Source: an uncultured Chloroflexia bacterium
Lineage (GTDB): Bacteria; Chloroflexota; Limnocylindria; Limnocylindrales; CSP1-4
NCBI GenBank assembly: GCA_963763775.1
Contig: CAVXPZ010000004.1
Location: forward strand, 608,001-672,000
Direction of reading: 5' to 3'
Length of the DNA: 64,000 nt
Below are positions 44,008 through 55,844 of this stretch, piece after piece. The notes under the pieces were generated by a model. The model saw only the letters and a list, made by a program, of their open reading frames with translations. It searched no databases and was not told the DNA's origin. Every line of letters begins with the position of its first letter. Position 1 is the stretch's first letter. The position numbers and the translations under genes were made by a program.

Positions 44008-44901
44008 CTACGCGCGGTAGCGCCGATACCCCTCGGTGAGGACCGCCAGGGTGGCCGGTGTCGCCGGGTCGGAGGCGATGATCAGCTGGTCGGCACCCCA
44101 CGCCTCGTAGGCCCGGAACGCCGCCGCGATCTCGTCGGGCTCGCCGTTGACCGGCCCTGGCGACAGGCCGGAACCCGTCGACGGCGAGGTCGCCACCTCG
44201 GGAAACCGGACCTCGACACCGACCGTGATCTCCACCGTGGCCGGGTCGCGACCCTCGCGGGCACAGGCGGCCCGCAAGTCCTCACGCGTGGCCGTGAGCC
44301 GCTCGCTCGGCAGGCCGTACCACGCGGTGTTCCAGGCGTCGGCGTACCGCGCCGTCAGGTCCATCATGCGCGGCCGCTTCGCCGCCACGAGGATCGGCAG
44401 GTCCGGGCGGGCCGGTGGGACCAGCGCGGCGTCCGCCACGGAGTGGAATCGGCCCTGGTGGTCGGCGCGCCCGTCGCGGATGAGCGAGTGGATGATCGTG
44501 AGCGAGTCCTCGAACCGCCCGACCTTGTGGTCGGTGGGGTAGCCGAACGCGTCGTACTCGGGGTCGTTCCAGCCGCACCCGAGCCCGAGGATCAGCCGCC
44601 CGTCGCTGACGTGGTCGAGCGTGGCCGCCATCTTGGCCAGGAGCGCGGGGTTCCGGAACTCCGTGCAGAGCACGTTCGTGCCGAGCTGGACCCGGTCCGT
44701 GGCCTCGGCGATCGCCGTCAGGATCGTCCACGCCTCGTGGAGGCCGGTCGTCTCGTCGCCGTCGCGGAAGAGCAGGTGGTCGTACACCCAGACGGCATCG
44801 AATCCGGCGGCTTCGCTGCTCAGCGCCATCTCGCGGATGACGCGATACGGGTAGCCGACCCCGTCGACATCCTCCATGGGCAACCCGACACCGACCCGCA
44901 T
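44008..44901 (-). CDS. LLM class flavin/F420-dependent oxidoreductase
   Basis: GFDAVWVYDH, RNPALLAKMAATLD and GRLILGLGCGW motifs. Confidence 0.9.
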   Translation of the reverse strand: MRVGVGLPMEDVDGVGYPYRVIREMALSSEAAGFDAVWVYDHLLFRDGDETTGLHEAWTILTAIAEATDRVQLGTNVLCTEFRNPALLAKMAATLDHVSDGRLILGLGCGWNDPEYDAFGYPTDHKVGRFEDSLTIIHSLIRDGRADHQGRFHSVADAALVPPARPDLPILVAAKRPRMMDLTARYADAWNTAWYGLPSERLTATREDLRAACAREGRDPATVEITVGVEVRFPEVATSPSTGSGLSPGPVNGEPDEIAAAFRAYEAWGADQLIIASDPATPATLAVLTEGYRRYRA

Positions 44902-44976
44902 CCGGACCTCCTGCATCTGTCGCGACAGCGTACGACAGCCCACGGCCGCGGCGTACCGTATCCGCAGGAGGACCCG

Positions 44977-45351
44977 ATGGCGACCTACGAGAAGTCACCG
45001 ATCGCGCTCGTGGAGCGGTTCACGTCGATCGTCGACACGCTTCCCGGGGTCGAGCGCCGTCAGATGTTCGGCAACCAGTGCATCTTCGTCGGCGGCAATC
45101 TCGTCAGCGGCCTCTTCGAGGACCAGTGGTTCGTGCGGTTGCCGCCGGACGACACGGCCGAGCTGGCCGGGCTCGGGGGCGTTCCGTTCTCGCCGATGCC
45201 GGGTCGCCCGATGCGGGCCTACACGATGATGCCGGCGGCCGTGATGGCCGACGAGGCCCAGATCCGGCGATGGGTCGACCGGTCGATCGAACTCGGGCGG
45301 ACCCTGCCGCCGAAGGCGAGCTCGACGGCGAAGCGCCCCACGAAGGGCTGA
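44977..45351 (+). CDS. TfoX/Sxy N-terminal domain protein
   Basis: RRQMFG, FVRLP and GRPMRAY...LPPK motifs. Confidence 0.78.
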   Translation: MATYEKSPIALVERFTSIVDTLPGVERRQMFGNQCIFVGGNLVSGLFEDQWFVRLPPDDTAELAGLGGVPFSPMPGRPMRAYTMMPAAVMADEAQIRRWVDRSIELGRTLPPKASSTAKRPTKG

Positions 45352-45375
45352 CGAGGTCGCGCGCCGGACGTCGAC

Positions 45376-45855
45376 CTACTCGACGGCCTCGCGCACCTGC
45401 TCCTCGAGTTCGGGGTCGAGCGTCGTCTGGATGATCGTGCCGCCCTGGATCGGGCGGAGCGCCGCGAGGACGGCATCCGGCTCGGCGTCCTTGACCAGGA
45501 CGAAGAGCGCGGAGTGGCCGGCGTCGAGCTTGTCGGTGACCTCGCGGACGAAGTCCTTGTCGATCCGGTCGCTGACGGCATGCCCGACCAGCGCCCCGCC
45601 GATCGCCCCGATGGCGATGCCGAGGACCGGGAAGAACATGAAGAGCAACAGGCCCAGTGCGCCGCCGATGGCCGCTCCGCCGAGGGTCCCGCCGTCGAGC
45701 GTGCCCTTGACGTGGGTCTTGCCGTCCGGATCCTTCTGGACGACGGCCGCGTCCGCGATGCCGGCAGCACCCGCGTGCTGGACGTCGCGGAGCGCATCGA
45801 GCGCCTGCGCCGCCGTCGCCTCCTGCTCGAACGCCACCACGATCAACTGGCTCAT
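45376..45855 (-). CDS. DUF1269 membrane protein
   Basis: LIVVAF, glycine-zipper [18 protein letters not shown]...SALFVL. Confidence 0.8.
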   Translation of the reverse strand: MSQLIVVAFEQEATAAQALDALRDVQHAGAAGIADAAVVQKDPDGKTHVKGTLDGGTLGGAAIGGALGLLLFMFFPVLGIAIGAIGGALVGHAVSDRIDKDFVREVTDKLDAGHSALFVLVKDAEPDAVLAALRPIQGGTIIQTTLDPELEEQVREAVE

Positions 45856-45938
45856 CACGACCTCCGGCGAGTTGGTCCGCCGGTCCACTCGGCGGTGGCC
45901 ACACAGTATCGGGCCCTCGGCTGGTAGGATGCGGGCCC

Positions 45939-47249
<1,311 letters not shown>

Positions 47250-47270
47250 CACGCGGTGGACGCACGGAAA

Positions 47271-47302
47271 CGGCCCCGTCGACCTCCCGGTCGACGGGGC
47301 CG
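47271..47302. terminator. Perfect 14-bp inverted repeat between convergent genes
   Basis: cggccccgtcgacc / ggtcgacggggccg. Confidence 0.75.
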
Positions 47303-47319
47303 CTGCTCGTCCGGCTCGA

Positions 47320-48720
47320 TCAGCCGATCCTGGCGGGCCGGATGTTCTGGTTGGAGCGGAACAGGTTCGTGGGGTCGTAGCGGCGCTTGATCTGCGACAG
47401 GCGCTCGTAGGTCTCGGGTCCGTACGCCTCGCGGATGCGGGCCTCGCCCTCACGCTCGAGGAAGTTCGAGTAGACCCCGACGGCGTTCGGTGCGAGCGCC
47501 TCGTGGAGCCCTTCGGTCCAGGCGACCTGCTCGTCGATCGTGTCGGGATCCTCGAACGGGTCGAGCACGGCGATCATGACCGCGGCGTCCCGATGGACGA
47601 ACGCCGTGGCGTCGGACGGGACCCGCGCCATCGCCCCACCCAGGATCCGGATCTGGACCATCGCCATCGGCGACGGGGCCTTCGCGATCGCGTCGAGCAT
47701 GGCATCGACCGCCGCGTCATCGATCCGGTCGAGGAACCGCGAGCGCGTGACCTCGAACCCGCGGCTCTCGGCGGCCTCCAGGAGGGCATAGATCCCTGGG
47801 TAGGGCATCGGCACCGCGAGCTCGGCCAGCGGCGTGGCCACCTGTCGGAACGGGGCGATGGCGGTCGCGCCGTCGGCGGCGTCGCCGACGTAGACGAACA
47901 TGACCGCGAGCGCCAGCTGGCCCACCTGCTCGGCGGGCACGAACGGCGCCGGCGGCATCCGCATCAGGAACGAGATCGTCGTGAGCTCCTCGGGCGCGCC
48001 CGCCGCGATCGGCACGAGGCGGCGAAGCACGTCGGCCGTGGGCGGCATGAACAGCGCCCCACCGAAGATGCCGTCGACCGGGTACAGCGCGAACTGGAAC
48101 CGCGTGACGATCCCGAAGTTGCCCCCGCCGCCGCGGACGGCCCAGAACAGGTCCGGATGCTCGTCCTCGCTCGCGGTCAGGATCCGGCCGTCGGCCGTGA
48201 CGATCTCCACCGCTCGCAGCGCATCGATCGCGAGCCCGTACTTGCGGACGAGCCAGCCGATGCCGCCACCAAGGGTCAGGCCGGCGATGCCCACGGAGCC
48301 GGTATCGCCGAACGGCGTCGCGAGGCCGTGCGCGGCCGCGGCCGTCGTGTACTCGCGCGCCGTGAGACCGGAGCCGGCCCAGGCCAGCCGCCGTTCGGGG
48401 TCGATATGCAGGCCCTTCATCGCCGTCATGTCGACCACGATCCCGCCGTCGACGGTGCCGTAGCCGGCCAGGCTATGGCCGCCGCTCCGGACCGCGAGAT
48501 CCATGCCGGTCTCGCTCGCGAACCGGACGGCCCGCGCGACGTCGGGGGCGCCGGCAGCGCGGACGATGATGGCCGGGCGCTTGTCGTCGTAGGCGGCGTT
48601 CCGGATCTGGCGGATCTCGTCGTAGGCGGCGTCGCCGGGTCGGATGACCTCGCCCTGGAGACCGGCTGCGAAGGCTTCGACGTCGGCGTCGTCGTGGGGG
48701 TTCGGACGGAAGGCTTGCAT
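47320..48720 (-). CDS. FAD-binding oxidoreductase (BBE-like)
   Basis: RSGGHS, GGGIG, RGGGGNFG and KRRYDPTNLF motifs. Confidence 0.9.
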   Translation of the reverse strand: MQAFRPNPHDDADVEAFAAGLQGEVIRPGDAAYDEIRQIRNAAYDDKRPAIIVRAAGAPDVARAVRFASETGMDLAVRSGGHSLAGYGTVDGGIVVDMTAMKGLHIDPERRLAWAGSGLTAREYTTAAAAHGLATPFGDTGSVGIAGLTLGGGIGWLVRKYGLAIDALRAVEIVTADGRILTASEDEHPDLFWAVRGGGGNFGIVTRFQFALYPVDGIFGGALFMPPTADVLRRLVPIAAGAPEELTTISFLMRMPPAPFVPAEQVGQLALAVMFVYVGDAADGATAIAPFRQVATPLAELAVPMPYPGIYALLEAAESRGFEVTRSRFLDRIDDAAVDAMLDAIAKAPSPMAMVQIRILGGAMARVPSDATAFVHRDAAVMIAVLDPFEDPDTIDEQVAWTEGLHEALAPNAVGVYSNFLEREGEARIREAYGPETYERLSQIKRRYDPTNLFRSNQNIRPARIG

Positions 48721-48915
48721 CGGGCGGCTCCTCGGTGGGGTGCACGGATGGTTGAGGTGACCCGATCCTCGGCGCGGCGCGGCCGCCCGTCAGCCGACGT
48801 GCGTCGGTCGTCGGACATGGACATCCGACGATGGCGTGTGGGCGCCCGAGCCGTCACCGCGGGCCGCCATGTGCCACGCTACTGGCCCGCCATCGACCGC
48901 ACGAAAGGAGCGCCC

Positions 48916-50073
48916 GTGTCTCGATTCGAATGGGTCAGCGAGAGCTGCCGGCTCCTCAAGCAGACGGGCGCCGAGTTCGACCGGACGCAGCCGTTCCGCG
49001 GCCTCCGCATCGGCACCGGCATCCACCTCGAGCCCAAGACGGCCGCCCTGCTGATGGTGCTCAAACGCGGCGGTGCCGACGTCGTGTCGACGGGCAACCT
49101 GAACTCGACGCAGGCCGAGACCGTGACGTACCTGCGGGAGCATGGCGTCACGGTCGTCGGCGGCCCGACGGCGGATCCCGAGGTCCACGACCGCGACCTC
49201 CGGGAGGTCCTGGAGGCCGAGCCGGACCTCATCCTCGACAACGGCGGCGACCTGTTCGCGCGCTACCTCGAGGCGCCGTGGCCCGGCCTCCTCGGCGGCA
49301 CCGAGGAGACGACGTCGGGTCGCGACCGCCTGCTTCCCCTTCGCGACCGGATCGCGAAACCGCTCCTCGTCATCAATGACAGCCCGATCAAGCAGTTCGC
49401 GGAGAACACGCACGCCGTCGGCCCCGGCACGGTCGAGGCCTTCATGCGCATCACGAACCGGATCACGAACGGCCGTCGCGTGACGGTGTTCGGTTACGGC
49501 TCGGTGGGCCGCGGGGTGGCGGCGTACTTCCGCAACTTCTACGCCGTCGTGTCGGTCGTGGAGCCGCAGCCCGTGCTCCAGCTCCGGGCGGTCCTCGACG
49601 GCGTGGAGGTCCCGGGCCGCGCGGCCGCCCTGGCCAGCGCCGACATCATCGTCACCGTGACGGGCGCCCCCGGGATCGTCACCGCCGCCGACCTGCCGCA
49701 CCTCCGCGACGGCGCGATCCTGATGAACTCCGGACATCTCCCGTGGGAGATCGACGTCGCCGGCATGACCGCGGACCCGTCCGTCGTGTCGGTCGACGAG
49801 GTCGTCGACGGGATCACGGCGCTCCACCTCGCCGATGGGCGCGTGGTCAACATCCTGACCGCGGGCCACATGGTCAACCTGGCCGGCCCACGCCCGCTCG
49901 GGAATTCCATCGAGTCGATGGACCTCGGGTTCACGCTGCAGGCTCGCTGCCTCGAGGCCGTCGCCACGGGCGCGGTGCCGGCGACGTCGTGCGTCGTGCC
50001 GGTCCCGGCCGCGATCGACGACGCGGTCGCCTCGGCCTACGTGACGCTCGTCAACGAGGGTCGGTCGACCTAG
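48916..50073 (+). CDS. Adenosylhomocysteinase-like protein (divergent)
   Basis: HLEPKT, STQ, EETTSG, GYGSVG and VNL motifs; SD aaaggag. Confidence 0.85.
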   Translation: MSRFEWVSESCRLLKQTGAEFDRTQPFRGLRIGTGIHLEPKTAALLMVLKRGGADVVSTGNLNSTQAETVTYLREHGVTVVGGPTADPEVHDRDLREVLEAEPDLILDNGGDLFARYLEAPWPGLLGGTEETTSGRDRLLPLRDRIAKPLLVINDSPIKQFAENTHAVGPGTVEAFMRITNRITNGRRVTVFGYGSVGRGVAAYFRNFYAVVSVVEPQPVLQLRAVLDGVEVPGRAAALASADIIVTVTGAPGIVTAADLPHLRDGAILMNSGHLPWEIDVAGMTADPSVVSVDEVVDGITALHLADGRVVNILTAGHMVNLAGPRPLGNSIESMDLGFTLQARCLEAVATGAVPATSCVVPVPAAIDDAVASAYVTLVNEGRST

Positions 50074-51754
50074 CCCGTGCCCCGGTCGACCTGGCCGGCC
50101 GGCTGGTGCCGATAGAACGGGCGTCGTCTGGGGCGCGAGCGGCGTGTTGCCGATGATCAGGTCCGCGGCCTTCTCCGCGAGCATCATCACCGGCGCGTAG
50201 ATGTTGCCGTTGGTGACGTACGGCATCGCGGACGCGTCGACCACCCGCAGCCCGTCCAGGCCGTGGACCCGCATCGTCAACGGGTCGAGGACCGAGGCGT
50301 CGTCCACCCCCATCCGGGCGGTGCACGACGGGTGCAGCGCGGTCTCCGCGTCGCGAGCCACCCAGTCGCGGATCTCGTCGTCGCTGGTGACGACCGGGCC
50401 GGGCGACGTCTCGCCGCCGTTGTACGGGTCCATCGCCGGCTGGTCGAGGATCCGTCGCGAGACGTTCACCGCCTCGACCCACTCGCGTCGGTCCTGCTCG
50501 GTCGAGAGGTAGTTGAAGCGCAGCGCGGGGTGCACCCGCGGGTCCGTGCTCGTGAGCGACACGGTGCCGCGCGCGTCGGAGTACATCGGCCCGACGTGGA
50601 CCTGGTAGCCGTGCCCAGCGGCTCCGGCGCTCCCGTCGTAGCGGATCGCCAGCGGGAGGAAGTGGAACATCAGGTTCGGGTACGCGACGTCGTCGTTGCT
50701 GCGGGCGAACCCGCCCCCCTCGAAGTGATTCGTCGCGCCGGGACCGCTGCGCAGGAACAGCCACTGCGCCCCGATGAACGGCCGTCGCCACTTCTGCGTC
50801 GCGGACGGCTGCATCGAGACGGGCTGCAGGCTCTTGTACTGGATGTAGACCTCGAGGTGGTCCTGCAGGTGGTCGCCGACGCCCGGCAGGTCTGCGACCA
50901 TCGGGATCCCGAGCGCCTCGAGGTCCGCGGCCCGGCCCACACCGGAGAGTTGCAGCAGTTGCGGCGAGTTGATGGCGCCGCCGCACAGGAGGATCTCGCC
51001 GCCGCGGATCACCTCGCGACCGTCGCCCTTGGCGACCTCGACGCCCGACGGCGCGACGGCCCTCGAACACGATCCGGGTGACGAACGTGCGCGTCCGCAC
51101 GGTGAGGTTCTTCCGACCCATCACCGGATGGAGGTACGCGCGCGCCGCACTCAGCCGCCGGCCCTTGTGGATGTTCCGGTCGAACGGGGCGAAGCCCTCC
51201 TGCCGGTAGCCGTTGACGTCCTCGGTCAGGTGGTAGCCGGCCTGCTGGCACGCTTCGAAGAACGCCGTGAAGAGTGGGTTGGTGGCTGGGCCGCGCTCGA
51301 GGACGAGCGGGCCGTCGTGGCCGCGCCACGGGTCGTCGGCCGCGGCGGCCAGGCAGGTCTCCATCCGCTTGAAGTACGGGAGGCAGTGCGCGTAGTCCCA
51401 CGTCGCCATGCCCGGGTCGGCCGCCCAGCGCTCGTAGTCGAGCGGGTTGCCGCGCTGGAAGATCTGGCCGTTGATGCTCGACGAGCCGCCGAGGACCTTG
51501 CCTCGCGCGTGGTAGATCCGCCGGCCGCCCATGAAGGGCTCCGGCTCGGACTCGTACTTCCAGTCGTAGAAGCGACTGCCGATCGGGAAGGTCAGCGCGG
51601 CCGGCATGTGGATGAACGGGTCGATGCGCCAGTCCGACCGGCCGGCCTCCAGGACGAGCACGCTCGTGGCCGGATCGGCGCTCACGCGGTTGGCGAGCGC
51701 GCTCCCGGCCGAGCCGCCGCCGATGATGATGACGTCGAAGTGACCCTTGGGCAT
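50070..51754 (-). CDS. betA: Choline dehydrogenase (GMC oxidoreductase; frameshifted)
   Basis: [31 protein letters not shown] and TNGN motifs. Confidence 0.88.
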
Positions 51755-51831
51755 CGTCCGGCGATGCTAGCAGCGCCGCCGGGCGGTGGAGGGCGGTCCC
51801 GGCTCGCGGGCCGACGCGTCGTTCGGTGGGG

Positions 51832-53481
51832 TCAGGGCTTGACGCGGAAGGTCGCTGCGGGGCTGCGCAGGGAGAGCAGTCGCTTGCCGCCGACGCTGTA
51901 GACGCGGATCGGCGACCTTGTACGTGCCGGTGTGCCGCGTCGCCGAGACGTAGAACGTCGGCTTGAACGTGCGGACCACGCCCGCCTTGAACGCCTGGGC
52001 GTCGTAGACCTTGCGCAGCAGCCGCGTGCCCCTCGAGTCGTAGATCCGAACGTCCACCATCGCCTTGGTCGCCTTCGAGGCGCGGACGTTCACGGTCACG
52101 GTGACCGTGTGCTTGCGCGTGAGGCTGGCAGGCTTCACCGAGGCGCTCCGCGCCCATGTCAGCGCGGGCGGACCGGGCGGTGGCGGGACATACGGGGGCG
52201 GCGGCACGCCGTCGCCGAGCTCGAGCCCGCCCGAGCTGTAGTACGCGGCAGCACGCTCCCGGAAGTAGCCGCCATCGTCGTCCGCCGAGAGCGATGTGCG
52301 GCTGTTGCCGTTGATCGCCGGTGGGTCCGTGGTGCCGTCGTTCACGGCGTCGCAGGCGCATGTGGTCCCGCCGGCGCCCCCACCGAACAGGAGGGCGATC
52401 ACGCCGGCGTCGCGCCACAACGCCAGGTGCGTGCCACCCGGGTCGTCGAGGAACCACTGGACGCGGTTGTCCTGGTAGTGGCCCCAGCTGTCGTCCTGGG
52501 CGCGCATCTTGGTGTTGCCGAGCGGGATCTGCCAGACGACCACGCGATGGCCCGTCCCGGCGACATAGCCCTTGATGAAGCGCGCGTACCGCACGAAGTC
52601 GGCGTCGTCCCACCACGACGCGCCGCCGTCGCCGTACTGCGCCTCTTTGAAGGCGGCGTCGCGGTCGGCGATGTCGGTGAACGTGAGGTCGAAGTGCGCG
52701 CCGAGCGATGTGTAGAAGGCCGCGGCCCTGGCCGCCAGGGCGTCCACCTGCGGATCCGAGCTGTTCGAGTACGCGATGTCCGTGTTCGTGCCCCACACCG
52801 ACAGGTGATAGGCGAGGAGGACGTTGGGCGCGAGCTGATCCCGAAGCCGGACGATCGCCCGCGCGAACCCGGCGGCGGTGTTCGGCAGGTCCGCGAGCGC
52901 CGCGTCCCCGGAGCTCGCGACGGACGCTGGGATGGCGCTGGCATCGTCGGCCGTGCCGGTCGCCTGCTCGATGTAGCCCCACAGATCGGGCTCGACATGG
53001 AGGACCACGGTCGTAGTCGCCCGCCGCGCGCTGGAAGAAGAGCCGCAGGTCCGCGTACCAGGCCGCCATCGTGGCGGTGTTCCGGAGGTTGGACAGGTCC
53101 TTCGCCTGCTCTGTGCTGCCCGTCGCCGGGTTCGACTGCAGGAGCATGTAGTACGGGAAGACCGGCGTGACCCCGTGGGCCGCCGAGTCCTGCACGTAGT
53201 AGCTGACGAACTGCCCGTTCGTGTTCCAGGTGGCCCAGCCATTCCCCGTGTTCACGCCGCCGGCGAGGTACTGGTAGCGGAGCCCGAACGGGGCCGAACC
53301 GCGGAGCGCTGCGGCGCCGCCCGGCGCGTCGGCGAGCCCGATCTCGACGTGGTCGAACGGCCACGCGGCCGGAGGGTTCGGGCAACGGGTCGGCGGCGCG
53401 GACCGGCAGCGCTGGGGCCATGAGCAGGCCGGTGGCGACGAGGGCAGCGAGCAGGCGATGGACGAAGGGGCGGATCGTCAG
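51832..53481 (-). CDS. Secreted hypothetical protein, possible glycoside hydrolase plus an Ig-like domain (frameshifted)
   Basis: Signal peptide ending VRA, RYQYLAGG, LHVEPDLWGY, WQIPLGN, Pro linker. Confidence 0.6.
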
Positions 53482-53658
53482 GTCCTCAGCGTTCGCGCAT
53501 CGTCGGGCCGTTCCGGGTCGATGTCACTCCCACACTCGTCCCGGATGCGACCGTACGATGGGCTCGAGGCCCGAGACGGTCGCGCGCTCGCCTGCGACCC
53601 GGACATCGCCGCGCGGCGCCTGGTGGACACAGTTCACGTCGGTGTGTACTATCCGCGC

Positions 53659-54117
53659 ATGACTGAACCATCACCGACGACCGCGGCACCCGATCCCGTG
53701 CTCGCGGTCGCTCGTGACCTGGCCATCGCGTTCCACGTCGGCACACCTCGCCATCAGGCGGCAGCACTCATCCGGGACCTGACCTTCGGCCAGGCCCGCC
53801 TGCTCTTCCTCCTGGACCGCGAAGGCCCGCAGCCGATGGGCCGCGTGGCCCACATCTTCGACCTCAGCAGTACGGCCTCCACCGGGTTCGTCGAGCGCGT
53901 CGAGCGCCACGGCCTCGTCGAGCGCCGACATCGGTCGGACGACCGGCGCGTCGTCGAATGCGCGCTCACCGACGCTGGCCGACGGACCGTCGAGGAGCTG
54001 TCGGGCGTGCGGATCGACGCGATGCGGCAGGCGCTCTCGGTCCTCGAGCCGGACGAGCTCGAGGCCTTCCATCGACTGATCCGCCAGGTCCTCGCCCGTC
54101 GGGTGCGGGCCGCATGA
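53659..54117 (+). CDS. MarR family regulator
   Basis: LTFGQARLL and GLVERRHRSDDRR motifs. Confidence 0.88.
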   Translation: MTEPSPTTAAPDPVLAVARDLAIAFHVGTPRHQAAALIRDLTFGQARLLFLLDREGPQPMGRVAHIFDLSSTASTGFVERVERHGLVERRHRSDDRRVVECALTDAGRRTVEELSGVRIDAMRQALSVLEPDELEAFHRLIRQVLARRVRAA

Positions 54118-55844
54118 TCGCGCTGCTGCGGACCTACCTCAGCCCGTACAAGCGGCCGCTCCTGCTCGTCGTCTCCCTGCTGACGGTCCAGGCGCTCGCG
54201 ACGCTCTACCTGCCGGAGCTCAACGCCGACATCATCAACAACGGCGTGGCCAAGGGCGACACCGGCTACATCCTCCAGGTCGGCGCGGTGATGCTCGGGA
54301 TCTCGCTCGTCGTCGTGGTCTGCGCGGTCATCGGGGTCTACTGGGGCTCGAAGACCGGCATGTCGTTCGGCCGGGATGTCCGCGGGGCGATCTTCCGCAA
54401 GGTCGAGAGCTTCTCGCAGGCCGAACTCAACCAGTTCGGCACGCCGTCCCTCATCACCCGGAACACCAACGACGTCCAGCAGGTCCAGATGGTGGTCCTG
54501 ATGGGCCTGAACATGATGATCATCGCGCCGATCCTCGCGGTGGGCGGCGTGATCATGGCGCTCCGCCAGGACATCCCGTTGTCCGGGATCCTGATCGTGA
54601 TCCTGCCGATCATGGCGTTGATCGTCGGGACACTCATGACGCGGGCGCTGCCGATGTTCCAGCGGATGCAGGTCAAGGTGGACCGCGTCAACCAGGTCAC
54701 CCGCGAGGCCCTGAGCGGCGTCCGCGTCATCCGGGCGTTCGTGCGGACGCAGCACGAGGAAGTCCGCTTCGACGTCGCCAACCGCGACCTCACCGCCACG
54801 TCCCTGCAGGTCAACCGCCTCTTCGCCCTGATGATCCCGCTGCTGATGGCGGTCTTCAACCTCTCGACCGTCGCGATCCTGTGGTTCGGCAGCCTCCGCG
54901 TCGCCAGCGGCGAGATGCCGATCGGGAACCTGATCGCGTTCCTGCAGTACGTCATGCAGATCCTGATGGCCGTGATGATGGCGGTCTTCATGTTCGTGAT
55001 GGTCCCGCGGGCCGTCGTGTCGTCCGGCCGGATCCAGGAGGTCCTCCGCACCAAGGCCTCGATCGCGGACCCCGACGAGCCGGTCTCGGCCCCGGCGGGT
55101 GTGGGCTCGATGGCGTTCGAGGACGTGGAGTTCCGCTATCCCGGCGCCGAGGACCCGGTCCTGCGCGGCATCACGATGCGGATCGAGGCCGGCCAGACGA
55201 CGGCGATCGTCGGAAGCACGGGCAGCGGCAAGAGCACGCTCATCAACCTCATCCCCCGGTTCTACGACGTGACCGGCGGCACCCTCTCGATCGACGGCAT
55301 CGATGTGCGGTCGATCAACCGCGACGACCTCTGGGCCCGGATCGGCCTGATCCCGCAGAAGGCCTTCCTGTTCAGCGGGACGATCGCGAGCAACCTGCGA
55401 TTCGGCAAGGCCGACGCGACCGACGACGAGCTCTGGGCCGCCCTCCGGATCGCCCAGGCCGAGGATTTCGTCCGCGACCTCCCCGAGGGCCTCGAGGCCC
55501 CCGTGACCCAGGGCGGCATGAACCTGTCGGGCGGCCAGCGTCAACGCCTGGCGATCGCGCGGGCCCTCGTGAAGCGACCGGAGATCTACGTCTTCGACGA
55601 CAGCTTCTCCGCCCTCGACTTCAAGACGGACTCGCTCCTGCGCGCCGCCCTGGCCGAGGAGATCGTGGACGCGACCGTCGTGATCGTCGCCCAGCGTGTC
55701 GGCACGATCATGCAGGCCGACCGCATCGTCGTCCTTGACGGCGGCACGATCGCCGGCATCGGCACGCACGCCGAGCTGATGACCACCTGCGAGACCTATC
55801 GCGAGATCGTCTACTCGCAGCTCAGCCAGGAGGAGGCCGCGTGA
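54114..55844 (+). CDS. Heterodimeric ABC exporter subunit 1 (TMD+NBD, degenerate site)
   Basis: GSTGSGKST, LSGGQRQ, FDDSFSALD and AQR motifs. Confidence 0.92.
   Translation: MIALLRTYLSPYKRPLLLVVSLLTVQALATLYLPELNADIINNGVAKGDTGYILQVGAVMLGISLVVVVCAVIGVYWGSKTGMSFGRDVRGAIFRKVESFSQAELNQFGTPSLITRNTNDVQQVQMVVLMGLNMMIIAPILAVGGVIMALRQDIPLSGILIVILPIMALIVGTLMTRALPMFQRMQVKVDRVNQVTREALSGVRVIRAFVRTQHEEVRFDVANRDLTATSLQVNRLFALMIPLLMAVFNLSTVAILWFGSLRVASGEMPIGNLIAFLQYVMQILMAVMMAVFMFVMVPRAVVSSGRIQEVLRTKASIADPDEPVSAPAGVGSMAFEDVEFRYPGAEDPVLRGITMRIEAGQTTAIVGSTGSGKSTLINLIPRFYDVTGGTLSIDGIDVRSINRDDLWARIGLIPQKAFLFSGTIASNLRFGKADATDDELWAALRIAQAEDFVRDLPEGLEAPVTQGGMNLSGGQRQRLAIARALVKRPEIYVFDDSFSALDFKTDSLLRAALAEEIVDATVVIVAQRVGTIMQADRIVVLDGGTIAGIGTHAELMTTCETYREIVYSQLSQEEAA

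Noticed and set aside
48721-48915. SAH riboswitch upstream of the ahcY-like gene
   Set aside because: No recognisable consensus by eye; the CCGAGGAGC-like match is the SD of the divergent gene. An Rfam scan would settle it.
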